The notes beneath the pieces are model-generated. The model saw only the letters and a program-made list of their open reading frames with translations. It was not told where the DNA came from and searched no databases. From Callorhinchus milii (lineage: Eukaryota), in the NCBI RefSeq assembly GCF_018977255.1, contig NW_024704742.1, positions 53,136,001 through 53,200,000 on the forward strand: 64,000 nucleotides of DNA. The letters are read 5' to 3'. Below, in pieces: positions 25,573 to 38,400 of this stretch. Within the stretch, counting starts at the first letter, position 1. Every line of letters begins with the position of its first letter. Position numbers and translations under genes: made by a program.

Positions 25573-27244
25573 TCGTCAACTATTTAACCAGTTCCACATT
25601 AAATGTTTTTTATGAACTCAACTTCAGCAGCATTTGTGATGAGGCATTCCACATACCACGTCTCTCTGTGTAAGAACAACTCTTCTAACCATTCTCTAAT
25701 TCTTCCTGTGAAATCTATGCAATGACCTAGAGATGGGAAAAATCAGCCACAGTCTCTCAATTCTAGTGACTTGTGTGTATGTTGGATGAGAACTGGACTG
25801 GCCTTAGCTCCCCACATAGGCTCTTGCATAAAGAATAACCATTTGGACAAGTTACTGGGACTGTAGTTCCAATAGGAGTCAGTGCTTTCAGGAAAACAGG
25901 AGGGAAGAAAATTGGAAAATAACTAGCTCTGAGCATAACTCTCTTTGACCACAAGGTGGCAGCTCAGCTACAACAACTCAGCTTTACAGTTCAGGGAGTT
26001 CGCCAATGAACAATTCATCCTTGATAGGAAAAACTTGAAAGAGCATAGATTTTATTAGCAGACAGTCTTAAAGTACTTCACAGCCAATTGCTGCCAATCG
26101 TAGTGATTCTTTTGCAGGGGAACATGGCAGCCATTTGCACAACAAGGTCCTCCAAACAGCTGTGCAAATGCACAGTGACTTTAGCTCACTTTGCAAAATA
26201 TTCCGTGAAGCACTTTGGACCGTTTCAATGATGTGATAAGGTGTTATATCAAATGCAAGGCTTATTATCATTATTATTGGACGCTGAGAAAAACTGCCAA
26301 ATGTTTTCAAATGGTGTGATAGGATTTTTAACGTCCACCTAGAGAAAAGGCAACCAGAAACTTAGTTTAACATCTCATCACAAGTATGACGCTTTGGACA
26401 AAGCTAATATATTGACTGGAAACAATAAATTACTTTTTTTGGAACCTATTTTTTATTATCTCTGAGCTGTGAGTGATACTGTGCATACTGTATCAATTCA
26501 TATTTAGAAGTTAACAATTTTCTACAAAATGCACAGTCACTACACTTTACAGTACATTCTTCAAAGCACTTCCTGATGCGAAAGCCGCTCTATCAAATTA
26601 AGGATTATTATTATTATTAATATTTGGCTTCAATTATCTTTGCCATGCAGCCCTCCGGTGGTCACTCTGGGATTTGCAGACCAGTGAAAAACTACCATTC
26701 TGTAAACACACAATTTTAATTTAAAGCAAATAACAGGGTTAAGCACTGAATACAAAATCCTAGCCCAAACTTGCCCAAATAATGGTCTGAGATAAGAATT
26801 CCTGGCCTATTCCAAGTCAATGCTGTGGACGATGGTGAAGATGGACACTTCAAAGGAACCTGGTGATCATGCTGGTGTCTTTGGTCGTGATTTTGCCCTC
26901 CCACGACTTCCGGCTTCGCCCCTCCCAACCGTAAAAATCTTCTTCCGCCATTGTTCTCTACCCAATGTTAACTCTCCTTATATGTAGAAACAACTGACAT
27001 TCCCTTGACCCAGATAAGAAAGCTGACTCTAGTTGATTTCCTGTTGTTTTTCACCAGGCTGTCAGCAGCTGATCTGTGGGACCAGTTGAATATTAAGAGC
27101 ATTCGTTGTTGAGGTAAGTGAGGGAGGCTGTTATACAGTGAAGCTACTTCTTTAAGGAACACATTTGCCATGATTCTTACTCAGTGTGTTACTTGTCTTA
27201 ATTAGAATAAGGAACACTGCAAATATTATCGCTCTTCTCTATGG

Positions 27245-27632
27245 GTGCCAGCCTGGCTCAGGTGGCACTCTCTTGCCTCCAAAGCTGTGAGGGCTGATAC
27301 TCAAATGTAATCTCGCGGATGCCAATCATTACTGGAGGTGCTGTCCTTCAGGTGTGACACTAAACTGGACTCCAGTCTATGCCTGTTCAGTGGATATTAA
27401 AGATCCCATGGGACTATTTGAAAAGAGAAGGGAGTTTTTCCTGGCCAACAATCCCCCCAAATAAAATTGATCCTTTGCTTCATGGCTGTTTGTGGGATAT
27501 TGCTGTACGCAAGCTGGCTGACGTGGTGGCCTACAAAATACACTGCCATTACACTTTACAGTAAATATTATGAAATGCTTTGCAACATCCTCCCGACATT
27601 AAAAGCACTATATCAAATGCAATGATTATTTG
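27245..27632 (+). mobile_element. Deu-type SINE, near full length
   Basis: Degenerate tRNA head cagcctggctcaggtggcactct; ggaggtgctgtccttcag...aaagatcccatgg; tail. Confidence 0.7.
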
Positions 27633-28062
27633 TATTATCATAGATGACTCCTGACTATGGGAGATAATAAAGTAAAAACATCAGGATATTTATCCAGCTT
27701 CACATCTTCTGTAAATGGTGGTTTTGAGTCTGCTGTAAATATTTAAAAACTGATTTTATGTAGTTTGAGTGAAACAAATCACATAGCAACAAGTTCAATC
27801 AGTGCACCAAATACTTCACCTAAATCGTCAATGCTATTAAGTTTTGCGTCAGGCTGGCCAGCACTCCACCAAGTGAATAGCAATAGGATCTGAGTGGGAT
27901 GATTCCCCGCCCCGACTGACTGGTCTGCCCTTCCAAGCCTTCCTGATGAGCCAGGGCCAATAGAAAATTGTGGAAATGTTTGCCAAAAATTGCGGGGAAA
28001 TTTGACAGGGAGTTGATTGGTGCTATTGAGGTGCATTTTACTTCCAACCTACATTTGGTCAC

Positions 28063-28068
28063 TTTATT
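28063..28068 (-). terminator. Candidate distal DLC1 polyadenylation signal (AATAAA)
   Basis: AATAAA on - preceded by U-rich sequence. Confidence 0.3.
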
Positions 28069-28210
28069 GATAAAAAACAAACATGAAGAAATAGTGTTAT
28101 TGTTGTGAAAAAGAAAATATTAATGCTTTCTTTTACAAAGTGGCTCACTCAAGGGGGAGGTTAGTCCTGACTGTGACTCCAGAAGGTCACCATCCTCTAA
28201 CTCTTGAACG

Positions 28211-28360
28211 CAGACACAGAGAGAGACACACACTCACAGAAACAGAGACACACACAAACTCACAGGCACAAAGAGACACACACATACTAAGACACACAGA
28301 GAGAGACACAGACAATCACGGACACAGACACTCACAGAGAAACACACACACACACTCACA
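28211..28360. repeat. Degenerate (CA)/(GA)-rich microsatellite
   Basis: cagacacagagagagacacacactcac... seen directly. Confidence 0.85.
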
Positions 28361-28534
28361 TGTTCACCACAATCCCACGATACTGATAAGAATCAACAAT
28401 TGGGACTGATGTCCTTTGTATCTTTCTTCATGTATCATCTTTGATGTCTTCTTTTGAGCTGTGCAGAAGCATGATTCCGCATTTGAGGGAATCCACCATC
28501 ATATTCACCACGTGACTGATATTCATCGCATAAT

Positions 28535-28790
28535 ACTAATAATCCTTACATTTGATATAATAATAATAATAATCCTTGCATTTGATATAGCGCTTTTCAC
28601 GTCGGGAGGACGTCCCAAAGCGCTTCACAGAACACACTGTAAAGTGAATTGACTGTATATTTGTGGGCGAACGCGGCAGCCAATTGCGCACAGCAGTGTC
28701 CCAAACAGATGTGGAATGAGAGACTAAATTATTATTTTTTAAAAAACATTTTGAATGGAAAAAACAATCCCCCAATCGACAAACAATCGA
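28535..28790 (-). mobile_element. SINE 3' portion with duplicated tail
   Basis: Young-type tail gcgcttttcacgtcgggaggacgtcccaaagcgc. Confidence 0.8.
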
Positions 28791-29246
28791 CAATGGGCAG
28801 CCAGATAAAATCCAAGATCTGGCCATGTATAGAACTCCCATGGCTTCCAGTTTCATCATGAAGACTTAATGAGGCACGAGGTCGAAAATTTGCAGAATTC
28901 AATGAACGCAAAATTGTGGGTTTCCCCTTCGCCTTCTGACATTCTTCAATCTCGTACAAAGCCACAACCTATCCCACACATTCCTCATAAGAACAGAAGG
29001 CAGCCTGTTTCCTGCCTGATCAAACCACGAGCCTCCAATGCATGTGATACACGTGCAGTGACGACCCAAAGCACCGTTTAAGAGCCACTAAAATCAGTAA
29101 GATCCCTCTGTAGTTCTCCGTCTCACTAGGGTCATTAGAAGCCCTTTCAGGAGGGGAGGAGCGGAGAGAAAGGGAAGCAAGTTGACAAAAAAAGTGAAAA
29201 AAATTAAAGATAAATTCATGAGCATGAAATTATTTTCATTAACACA

Positions 29247-29252
29247 TTTAAT
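29247..29252 (-). terminator. Candidate DLC1 polyadenylation signal (ATTAAA)
   Basis: ATTAAA on - followed by a U-rich tract (29180-29215), at the end of an AU-rich UTR-like block. Confidence 0.4.
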
Positions 29253-32200
29253 AGTGCACTTGATGGTTATAACTGTACAGACATACAAAGATATAAACAC
29301 TTTCTTGGTTCTTTATACCTTAGCTTTTTGAGTAAAGTATTTACAATTAAAAAGAAAAACTCGAAGTACAAAAAAGTATATTTGAGGTATAAATACATGA
29401 ATATTTAAATAATTAATAATGACAAGCATTATCCCTATTTGGCAGTGTGCAGCTAAACATGTAGACACTATTACAGTACAATGGTATATATAACAATGTC
29501 AAATTGAATACATACCAATGGAATTGTAACAAATACACACATGCAGAAAGATAAGCTTGCGTCTTAAACTGGAGGGACAATGCTGATAATTACTATAAAA
29601 TTGTTCTCATTGCCAAAAAAATCACTAAAAAGCTCTTTACATAATACTGATAATGGTACATATTTTAAACAAATTAGATAAATCGTTCTTTAAATTCCTG
29701 CTCATTAATGACTCCAGTACCCACACATTAAAAGGATTTCTGAACACCCAGTGACAGTAATTTACTACATCCCATTGAAAGCCTCAAACAAACACCAATA
29801 TTACAGTGAAAATCCGTACGAGAGACCACCTTAATGAGAGGACTACTTTGGCAGCTAGATTCCCATGATTGTTAACTAATCTAATGATTGTCAAATTCGG
29901 GTGGGGGGGAATTAAACTAAAAGGTAATCTTTTAATCTGTCAAAAGTATTCAACTGATGTGTACATATGAATGTGCCTGTGGATGTGTGTGTGTGGGTGG
30001 GTGGGGGGAGGTGGTTTTATAACAATCAGTTATAAATGTTACTTGATAGCAATGTGTAGAAGTTAATTTGATGGGAATTTCAGTCAAACAACATGAGTAT
30101 TTAAGACTTGACTGCTTTAAGTATGCAATACTAGAGTGATATAACTCTCCTCTCATTTGGTTTCACCAAACCTAGCTTTGCAGGTGAACAAGTCAGATGT
30201 CACTGTTACCAATCACAACGAAATATGAAATGACAAAATGCAAGATACATGCCACATCCACAAAAATATACTGTTTATATATATCTATATATATCTATAC
30301 ATCTATACATCTATATCCGTCCTTACATTCACACTGGTAAAAATAGGAAATAATACACGGGTTCTAACTTTCAGTTTACCCTGCATCAGCACAAGCAGTT
30401 TTTTTCAGCAAATTACTGATTATTAGGACATGGCTACTGCAGTTCCCAACTTGAGCCATCCTTCACTGGAGAAGGGTACAGAGAACGACAAATGGCAGCT
30501 TCTGACTAACCAGGAAAATATTCGAGTACAACTCGTGTCAGTGTATAAAGAACTGACCTCGGCACAACACTGCAAATAGACTTCAACAAAAAAATATTTT
30601 CTGCAACTTTCTCAAATACAGGTCCAGGCTTTTGTACAATCACCTTTCGAAAATTGATAAAATTATTCAATAAAATGTAGCTCTTCCTGCTCCGTTACAT
30701 CAACAATCTTCAATACTAAACCCGAGTTTAAGAGTAGTAATTTTACTCTATGCTGACTTTAAATCTAACAGTCAGTTACATGGGGCTTTTTTTTAGCGGT
30801 GGGGGAGGGGGTTTACTCTATAAGTTGTTCATTGGACGAGAAATGTTGCAGAATAGTGTCACCAAAGAAACCTCCTCTACAGAGCTTTTCCTTTGGAATG
30901 AAGTGTGTGGCCCTCAGTGTACTGATGAGATTAGAGAGATGCTGCTCAGTCACATTGCACTGTAAAGCCCTATAGTCTCCACACTGCTATACATCCCAAA
31001 CGTAAAAAGTGTAAAGCTCAGAAGCGTCTATGTTAATAATAAAAAAAATCCTTGTATGAGATGTAGCGCCTTATCACGTCATCGAGACTTTTCAAAGTGC
31101 TTCACATAATTTTACTGTGAAATGTAGTGACTGTTTATTTGTAGGTGAACCTGGCAGCCAATTTACACAACATCAATGTTCCACAAACAGCCATGAAGTG
31201 AATGACTAATTTTATTTTGGGGTTTGTAGGTGGATTGTTGGTGGATTATTAATGAATGACAAGCCTATTGTAAAAGATAGATTGACCTTGATTTAACTCT
31301 TGTGTTTGGAGGTTACTGCCTGCTTGAGTATTCTTATCAGGCAGAAACAATGACTGATGAATAGAATAATCTCTCCTCCACTTATGCCTGTAGTCCTGCA
31401 ATATCTTTAACTAACAAGAGATGGGACATCAAAAAAACATGTAAGATACTTTCTCCATATTCCTAACAATGGAAGATGAACTCTATTTCAGTAGGCAAGT
31501 TACTACTGGTGGCAATATCTGACATTACCTACTAAAAAACAATATCCAGACTATTGATTCATGAAAAAACTAAAATAAGTAGGCCCTCAAGTGGTCTCAG
31601 ATATTGTTCACTTAAGTATTAAAGGTTTCACTGTACTAGACTCTCACTGATCCATGGACGTCACTTTGACAGCCAAGCCAGAGCCTTCAGAGCAAGCAGT
31701 GTACCAGACACCAACCCTCCCCCAATCTCTCCCACCTCGGCTCCTCACAAAACCATATCATACTCTCATACACACAGTTCCCCCAGAAGCACTAATAAGT
31801 GCCAAGCCAACGACTCAAACAATCAAAGACACGGCAAACAGGAAACATGATAATGGTTCATACAATAAGATACAAAGAAATATAACATTAGCAAATCACT
31901 TGGACCAAAGCAGTTCACAACAGGGCATTCATTTACATACACAAGACAGGTAGAATGCTTGACGCTTCATAGAAGCAATTGTGGTCCCTTAACAAGCGGG
32001 TGCAATCCATCTTTGCACTTTTCTTTTTACAAAAAGACCATTAGTCCCAAGCAAGTATTCCAGTAAAGGGCTATACAACAGCCTTTGTGTATGAATTAAG
32101 CAGCTTTTTAAAACATATATTGCCACAGACATAATTAAACGTTCCATTTAAAAATAAAATAATTCTTTCTCAAGATCTGACAGAGCGGACCTCCGACTTT

Positions 32201-32308
32201 AACCTTGCAGTGGAGATGTCCCTCAGGTCCCTGACAAGTATGTCCGGCTGGTCTTTGAAACATGATGCTTCAGGGTTGATGCAATAGCAACTTTTGGAAT
32301 TCCACCTT

Positions 32309-32426
32309 CTAATTCTTGTTTTCAATTCTGTCGGGGCTGGGAATATTTATAGAGTCTCGTATCCTAACAACTTCTGCTGCACACAAATGTCCAAAAGCTT
32401 TGTTGTACCATTCCGGCATCCGCCCT
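32309..32426 (-). CDS. DLC1: DLC1 terminal coding exon
   Basis: [41 protein letters not shown] at 32311-32309. Confidence 0.92.
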
Positions 32427-35400
32427 CTGAAAGAAGTGAAAGGAAATGTGTGTTAACATGTGCCAATCAAAACACAAAGCATGCACAGAGGGGAGGAATA
32501 ATGCAAATGCCATATTATTCTCAGTGGCCTATCTAAATGGTGTAAAATATAACTAGATCATAACCAATTTGTATAAACAATGAAATAACGTAGTCAACAT
32601 CCAGGTATCAGTCACCCGTGAGCCCAGTGCATTGGGCAAAAGTAAATTGTTGTAGTATCATTCTAAAACAAAAACAGCATGACCATGTGAAGATTTCAGC
32701 GAGGCATCCATTGCATTTGGCTGCACCAAAAGCGGTCTCTATTGGCCTATTCATGCAATAAGTAAGATCCCCTTCTGAATAAGCCTAAAGCCAATTTTGG
32801 CATTCGAAAATGTATTCCCGCCAAGCTGGAAGAGAAGATGGCAACACTGGTGAGCCAGGTTTGGAGTCTACCATTATTCAGAGGTTGGGTGTTTTTCCAA
32901 AGTACATTTCAATGATGTTCCTTAAATAAGGAAGGGAACATGTTGAGCAATAACACAATTTTGATCCTAGTTGTCATGAGGTTTATTCACTACATATGTG
33001 GTTTATAAATATTAACAATCCTTGTATTGGATATGATGCTTTTCAGAAGAGTAAAATGCTTCACAGGATTTACTGTAAAGTGTAGTGCTGATTTTGAAGT
33101 GAACGTGGCAGCCAATTTGCATACAGCAATGGCTCACAATCAACCATGGAGTGAAAAAATAAATTTTATCTGGGGTACACCAGGAGAAAATTCCTTGCCT
33201 TTTCAAATAAGTGTATGGGATCTTTAACATTCAACTGAATGGGCAGATGGGACCTCAGTTTAACATCTCACTCAAACGATAGCACCTCCAGCAATGCAAT
33301 GCATCCCCAGCACTGTGTTGGAAAGGCAGCCTAGACTGCGAGTTCAAAGTCCCGACTGTTTCAGAGGTAGAAATGCTACCGACTGAGCTGGGCTGTGACC
33401 TGACTTGGTCTCCTTAGTCCCAGCACAGGCAGCACTGGTGATCTTATGGATCTTCTATTGTTTTTCCACTTAAACTATGATGCTCTGTCATGCTAGACCA
33501 GCACAGACAGATTACTATGCCAAATCACTTTATGTATCACTATTTATTTTGAGGTCTAATGTTCTCAAGTCTATTTCTCAACCACTTACCCTCTTGCTCT
33601 ATGCTATGGTGCTACAAAATCTACAATCCCACAGCAATAGCCAGAAGATAAAGAGTTGCTGAAAGCTCTTGAAGACATCAGCTTCTCTTATTTTTGTTTG
33701 AAAGATGAACTACAGAAAAAAAACGAGCTGTAATAAAAAATATTTACTATAGAAGAAAAAAATACAGATAGCAAAAGAATGTAATGGGCAAGGAATTTTC
33801 TGTTAGCTCTGTTGAAACAAAGTCCCACAGACCAGAATGGTTGGGTTCAATTCGTAGGCTATGCTGAGTGGGTTGTTCTAAGTTGGGTTGTCTGCTTAGT
33901 GGTCCAATTGACCTCTGAACCTGGAGAGAGCAAAAAATCAGCCAGGCTTCCAATGTCCAGCATGTGTGTAGATGTCACGTCCGACCACTATCTCCCTAAA
34001 TCCCTTTGCCTCATCCCCTCCCTCTCTGCGTTGATACTTTTCTAATAGGTGCTTTAGACCCCTTTGTGCATAGTGTTCATTAGACCCCAGTTTCTCCAGA
34101 AGAAGGAGAAATGCTCTATTTTTAGCAATCTATGAAATAGTAGACCCTATTGTAGATGAGCCACCACTGTGGTCCATTAACCTTGGGCTCTGCTCACGCC
34201 ATCAAACTCTGCTCACACATCCAAGAGAATCACCCACCTAAAACTTTCTGAAGCCTGAAATTTCACCCAGTCTCAGCCTTAAAATCAGTTTGCGTTAATA
34301 TTTAAGATTGAGTGAAATTTCACACTAAAGGCTAAATTTAATGTCAATTTGGAATCCCTTTCATTTTAAGAACTGTGGAAAACTAGTTTCCAAATTGGGT
34401 GTGTGAGCATTCCACAATGCTGTGTGTTTCGCCCACAAAATATACAGTCAATTCACTTCACAGTATATTCAGTGAAATGCTTTGAGATGTCTTAAAGACG
34501 TGATAAGGCACTATATAAAATGCAAGAATTATTATTATTATGAAGTGTTAAGATAAAATGTTTTTTACCGGACTGCGACTGGGTGGAACTTGGGGTCTCT
34601 GCTGTATATGTGCTCCTAAGGAAGTTAGCAAATGCTTACCTTGTGTCTATCCTGCACAAGTATGTGAGTTTGGATTTTGCTGACCCGCAGGGTTCGATCA
34701 GATATCGAGAGGTGAGAGCATTGGCTCGGACGCCTCCAACCACCGGCGTCCCATTGTGCTCCACCGACTTTGTCACCAGTACACAGCACCCCTTGGGCAG
34801 GTTCATCCTCCAAGCCCTGATTAAGAAACACAGTGCTTATAGGGTCTCACAGCTCTACACAGAAACATTTTCTGCACAGAAGGGGGCCATTTAGCCCATT
34901 GTGTCTGTCCCACTGTTGTCTGATTTTCTAGCTCTCTTCCCCACCCTCCACCCATCCTTTAATGTTTCACATTCACATTGGTTCTGGATCTGTGTGTCAA
35001 ATAAAATAAATGCTGGCCAATATTCAGGCAAACATCAACAGTATAGTTAATGAAAGGGAACAGTGGAGGCTAAAACGTGACATGAGTTACATGTGACCAC
35101 TCCTGTCAGTATCTGGAAGTGATCCAGAACAAACTGTGTCAACACTGTCTATTGCTAAAGCAATGCTTCCAGGGGTCGGTGTGACATTTTTCCGGTACCG
35201 ACAGAAGTCACTACCCTAGGAAGTGATACCGTTGGTGACCTGATACCCCAGAAGTCAGCCATTTTGACTTCCAGTGGGCTAAAAAGGACGACATCCAGGT
35301 CATCGAAGGGAGATGGCTAACTGGCGTGTGGAAAGAGAGCCCTGTAGCTGAGTGCACCCAAACACAACGAATGCTGAAGTCCTGGCTAGCTATTACGGCA

Positions 35401-38400
35401 CTGATATAAGGTAGGTAATGGTTTTATGGAACTCGAATATAACGGGACGTCTTTTGTAGAATATCTAGGTTTTTTTTATCCCCCCCCCAACTGCCTAATT
35501 AATAAATCCCTTTTTATCTCTTTTTTCCCTGCAGAACAAGTGTTTAAAGGGTTTACCTGATGACTACAAAATCTCTGGTGGGGTGTGGGGCCATGCAGCT
35601 CTGCACGTAATGGTAGATGTCGGTTTGACTGTCCAAGCTTTCGATGACCTTGGAACTGAGAAGGTCATCATCCCAGAGGTGACGGTCCCGGAGTACCCGC
35701 CGGAGGACATCTTCTGGGGAAGCAGGAACCTCTACGCAGGCCTTCCACAGTTTCAGAGGAGGCCCATCACATATCTGGACAAAAAAACCCACACATAAAT
35801 ATTTGTACTCACAGATTTGGCCAATAAACTGAAATGATATTTGGAGCTAACACCAGCTGCCTAACCCTGTCTAAAAATAATTCACCTCAAAATATGTTGG
35901 GTTTGTTTGCAAAGGATTATACAAAATATTTGCATTCTCCTTGTCTGAACCGCACTGTAATGAGCTTCATTGTTATTGTTATAAAACTCTCTTTATCTTG
36001 CAGTTTCTTTTAGTTCCCCTCTCCTTCTCATGTTGTAAGAAAGCTCCCCTACCCGTTAAGGAGACCATTTCTAATATGGAACTGGTGCACGAATGGATCT
36101 GCAATACTGATCGCAGATTCTGCTACCTATCATCCTCCTGACATGTCCAGGAACGAGGAAACTTCGAACACATTAATTACCTTTTTGTAGGCCAGCTCTG
36201 CTGGTTCTGATGTTGAGCAGTTGACCCAGCCTTTAAACTTGTCTTTGGCCTCCTTCAGCAGACCGTCAATACAGGCCTGGAGATGGGCCTGGTAATCAGA
36301 GCGCTTGTCCCCGTGTGTTCGGCCTAGCTCCTCCAAGTTGACTGGCTGCAGATCCTGCTCCATGTAGGAGTTACGACAGTGGCCCATCATCTCCTCAGGA
36401 ATCTGAGGAATAAAAATAATTCCCACGCTATTTGCAATGTAAACAGAAAAAAATGTGTAGGTTTGACCACAACAGATTTCCTCCCTCCCTGATGTCTAAT
36501 ACATTCCAGGCTCTGTGGGTTGTCTGGTTCTGTATATTTTCAGCTCATGCATCTCATCACTGAGAACAGCAACATTTACAGACTTAAAGCTACTTGAACG
36601 TCAGGAAGATTTATTTCTGTTACATTAACCCAAATGCTACAATGTGTTACTTCAATCCCATGATTTTCTATAATCTGCATTTATTTCCATTCCAATTAAA
36701 CAGGCATGCTCTGTGTTTGATTCTGGCTTTGCTAATCAATGCGATATAACTCATAATAATCCCATCAAAATGTCTCCAAGTCCTCCATGAGTTACTTTGA
36801 AGAGTAGTGATTGTTATATAAGCAACCACACCAGCTAATTTGTGGCAGCAAAAACTCCCGGCAATTGGTTCAACAATCGAGCAGTTTTGGTCAATAGACA
36901 TTTAATTTCAGTCAAAAACCATGGAACAAATACTTTCCCACCCTGGTGCATTGAACTTTACAAAAGTAGTTTGTTCCTCAAAGAAGCTGAGGTTCTATAC
37001 CTTTGTGCCATCAAAAACATTTTGCTATGTTCGAAAACACTCAGTTGTTCACTGGCTATGACTCACAACCCACCAAATAGTAAATAAAATAACAAATTAT
37101 CAGTATCAGTATTTGATATAATGCCTTACCACATGGTCAAAACGTCTCAAAGCACTTCACAGGATTTTACAATGAAGTGTATTGTCTGCATTTTGTAGGC
37201 AAAAGTGGCAGACAATATGCATCCGGCATTACAACAACAACTTGCACTTATATAGCACCCTCCACGCAGGGCGCGGAGTCCACAAGCGCTCGGATTACTC
37301 CACAAATAGCCATGAAATGAATAATCAATTTGATCTCAGACAGTATTGGTTTGGCTAAATGGAAAAACTCCCTTCTCTTTAAGTAGTGCCATGAGATCTT
37401 TAATGCCCAACTGAATAGGCAGACAGGACCTTGGTTGCAACCGACAGTAAGGTCTTTTCCAAGAGTTGGCACCTTGGTGATGCAACACGTTGCAGCAGTG
37501 TATTTGAGTGTCAGCCTAGTCTGTGAGTTCAAAGTCTCGGTATGGGGTTTCAACCCACAACCATGTGACTCAAAACTGCTGACATCACCACATTCCTGAA
37601 AAAACCCTCCCTAGATCCCTCAAACCCCAGCCATTACCGCCCTATTTCTAATCTGCCCTTCCTTTCAAAAGTTCTAGAACATGTTGTTGTAAACCAATTC
37701 CGCGCACACCTCTCCTCCCACTCCCTCTTCGAATCCCTCCAGTCCGGTTTCCGCCCTGCCCACAGTACAGAGACTTGTGAAAGTCACAAACGATATCCTC
37801 TCTATGTGTGACCAGGGCTCCCTCTGCCTCCTTGTCCTCCTGGACCTCTCCGCGGCATTCAACAGTCGATCACGCCATCCTCCTCCATCGCCTTTCCTCC
37901 GTCATCCACCTCAGTGGGACCGCACTCGCCTAGTTCGAGTCCTACCTCACAAACCGCCAGCAGTACATCTGCATAAATGGCATCTTCTCCCGCTCTCACC
38001 CGGTTACCTGTGGGGTACCCCAAGGATCCATCCTTGGCCCCCTCCTCTTTCTGATCTACATGCTCCCTCTTGGAGATGTCATCCGCAGACATGTGGTACA
38101 TTTCCACTTGTGTGCAGATGACACCCAACTCTACTTTTCCATCTCTCTTTGCGACCCGCAGTCCCCTGATGTTCTGCCTGTTAGACCTCAGGGGCTGGAT
38201 AAGCGCAAACTTCAGCTGAACGTTGACAAGACGGAAGCCATACTCTTTGGCTCTCGTCAACGTATAAAATCTCATGGTTCTCACCTCCTCCACCTACCCG
38301 ACCTCCCCCTAAAACTCTCCAAACCCGTATGCAACCTAAGAGTCAGGTTCGACCCCCAATTATCCTTCCTTCCCCACATCCGGTCCCTCACCAGCACCGC

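Noticed and set aside
29801..29850. TA-CAGTG...gagagaccacc resembling a Tc1/pogo-type TIR
   Set aside because: No convincing matching opposite terminus found
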